A model generated the notes under the pieces. That model had not been told where the DNA came from and made no database searches. It saw nothing but the letters and a program-made list of their open reading frames with translations. Shown piece after piece: positions 13,686 through 64,000 of a stretch of DNA of 64,000 nt (positions within the stretch are counted from its first letter, which is position 1; the number at the start of each line of letters is the position of its first letter). This stretch comes from Octopus vulgaris (lineage: Eukaryota). The position numbers were made by a program, and so were the translations under genes. Location: the NCBI GenBank assembly GCA_951406725.2, contig OX597831.1, forward strand, positions 56,916,001 through 56,980,000, written 5' to 3'.

Positions 13686-13687
<2 letters not shown>
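13373..13687. repeat. Near-perfect ~151-bp inverted repeat with an 11-nt loop
   Basis: Arms 13373-13523 and 13535-13687 are complementary except for a 2-nt difference in a homopolymer run. Confidence 0.92.
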
Positions 13688-13736
<49 letters not shown>

Positions 13737-14600
13737 ACATGTATATATATCTGTATATGTATGTATATATCTCTGTGTGTGAATCTATGTATATTTATCT
13801 CTCTTTCTCTCTTTCTCTCTCTCTCTATCTATCTATCTATCTCCCTACATACACACGCGCATGCATATATGTAATGGAACTCTGATTTATGGATGCTTCT
13901 CATTATGAACGAATCAGTTCATAATCAATTTTTTTAACATAAAACATCTCAGGTGATGAACGGCCTTCAGGAGCATATTAAACTCGTAAACCAAGGTTCC
14001 ACTATACATGCATACATACATACATGCATGCATGCATACATACATACATACATATATATGTATATATTTATATATGTGTCTGCATGTGTGTGCACTTGTA
14101 TGTGTATGTGTGTATGTATATGCATATATAAATATATATTTATAAATATTTTATGATTATTATAAGACATCAGCAACCAATTGTTAAAACTCATTTTACT
14201 TATATTTTACATTATTAGTGAGAACTAGAGATGGAGAGGGGTGATTTATTATGAATTTCTCCACTCTGGACTCTTATATGAACCAGTAGGTCAGTACAGA
14301 GTGTACTATTGATTAATAAATGAATGACAAAAAACAAACAAACTGGAGTTATGTAGCTACTTCCACTTGCTTATAGTTGTTTCTGCTTTAAAGAACAATG
14401 TTCCCAGTGTTCAGTGCACATGCAACATCTTATAGCTTCTTTAGAACCATTTGAATACACACACACAAACACACAGTGGCACACACACACACACACACAC
14501 ACATATATTCGTGTGTGTGTGTATATATACATATATATATGTATATAGAAATATATATATATGTATGTATATATATATATGTATATATATGTGTATATGT

Positions 14601-14632
<32 letters not shown>

Positions 14633-14728
14633 GTATATGCGTATATATATATTATATACACGTATATATATGTATATATACGTATATATATATGTGTGTG
14701 TGTGTGTATATCTATATCTATATATATA

Positions 14729-14914
14729 CTTTATTTAAAAGCAGCAGAAATTAAACAGTGTTTTAACAAAAACTGTCCGACGAACGGGAACGTGAAACTC
14801 AGAGTAACAGGTTTTGTTGAATTTCTGCTGCTTTTAAATAAAGCATATTACTCTACCCCTGGTATTTGAGTACTCTTTTTTTCCACCTTGTTTCACATTT
14901 ATGTGTTTACTCCG

Positions 14915-14915
<1 letters not shown>
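14729..14915 (+). ncRNA. Best-preserved minimal type I hammerhead-like motif (14763-14820) in a TA-embedded element with a 24-bp inverted repeat
   Basis: ttaacaaaaactgt CCGACGA acg GGAA cgt GAAA ctc a gag TA acaggttttgttga. Predicted GUA cleavage after 14806. Confidence 0.68.
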
Positions 14916-14955
<40 letters not shown>

Positions 14956-15316
14956 CATGTATATGTGTGTGTGTGTGTGTACATGTTTGAAATAATAGCA
15001 GAAGACAAACAACACAAGTCATATTTTGGATATTCAATTCTTACAGAGCTATTGAAAATAATGTAGGATACAGATATTTGAAATATCACCAATATCATTT
15101 GTCTTCTCTTATTCTTGCAAATGTCTTTGCTCTCTGCGTCCACTCTAGGGAGTTTCTCATAATATGCAACCTTCTGCACATTAGTGCACTGATATCTAAT
15201 GTTCAGAGTTTCACCTGATGTAATGCATTGAGCTTTAAAGTTAATGGTTGTTCCTTGCGTTTAAGCACTAAATCGGAAAGCCGTGCACATACGTATACAC
15301 ACACACACACATATAC

Positions 15317-15398
<82 letters not shown>

Positions 15399-16065
15399 AT
15401 GTATGGATATATACACAGACACATACATATATATACATAAATAAATATATATATATGTATTTATATATGTGTGTATAGTTGTATATATACATATTGATAT
15501 GCATATATACATATATATACACACACATATACACACACACACACATATATATACATACATACATACATACATGCATACATACATACATACGTACATACAT
15601 ACATACATACATACATACATACATACACACACATGTACATATATAACCTATATGAACGCATTTCTTATAAAAAATGTTTCTAAACTTCTATTGAAAATAG
15701 CAAATTTACAGATGATTCCTATGGTAAATTTACAAGTTCTTCTCTCGAGACCAACATCATATTCCAAATAGTTATTGAAACCATTAAAATGATTGGATTT
15801 TTTTTTTTTTTTTACAGGAAGCATCTTAGAAAATATTTTCTCACATAATTGTTCGAAATTGTGACAGGAAAAAAAAAAAAAAAGAAATGCAAGATTATAA
15901 TAAAGTATATAATGCAACAAAAAAATAATAATTGTAAAAATTGACCACAATGTTTTCCTCTTTTTTTTTTGTTTGATAATTATTATTGTTGATATGTTAT
16001 TATAGAATTTTCTTTTCAGTGATTTCATGGTCTGTTTGTGTAATTGACCAATCACTATGGCACGT

Positions 16066-63645
<47,580 letters not shown>

Positions 63646-64000
63646 CTGGAAAATAAGATGACAATGGTTTCTAATATTGGTTTCAAATTTTGGCACAAGA
63701 CCAGCAATTTTAGGGAAGGGCGCTAGTCGATTACATCGAGCCTAGTGCTCAACTGGTACTTATTTTATTGACCCCGAAAGGATATAAAAATAAAGCAATG
63801 TCGACTTCGATGGAATTTGAACTCAAAACGTAAAGAAGGTCGAAATGCTGATAAGCTAAACACAGAGGACAAACAAGGACAGACAAACGGATTAAGTTGA
63901 TTACATCGACCCCAGTGCGTAACTGGTACTTAATTTATCGACCCCGAAAGGATGAAAGGCAAAGTCGACGTCGGCGGAATTTGAACTCAGAACGTAACGG

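Noticed and set aside
15650-16065. Polyadenylation signal for the aminopeptidase gene
   Set aside because: I found no convincing minus-strand AATAAA close to the stop; the 3' end needs transcript data.

Overview
This is AT-rich, microsatellite- and SINE-dense eukaryotic genomic DNA. The SINE types and TA/CA/TACA repeat load suggest an octopus-like cephalopod, which is an inference. The only host gene I can support is on the minus strand: the last 16 coding exons (63645 to 16066; 1877 nt, about 624 aa) of an M1-family zinc aminopeptidase (aminopeptidase N-like). All introns are GT-AG with consistent phases. The protein has a GGMEN motif, an HEIAH-x18-E zinc site and the catalytic Tyr; its 5' exons lie beyond the right edge. 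The rest is transposon-derived: tRNA-headed SINEs, non-autonomous Helitrons, a Merlin transposase relic and Merlin-like MITEs carrying TTAGGG repeats, Tc1/maT and hAT relics, and RTE, CR1-like, HERO-like and Penelope-like (GIY-YIG) fragments. The most striking unexplained pattern is about a dozen short hammerhead-ribozyme-like folds with tiny palindromic helix III. Many sit in (TA)n tracts and inside inverted repeats, and several recur with non-canonical cores (G3-C8 swap, U4C, A6U). All coordinates and folds were derived by eye and need computational confirmation.
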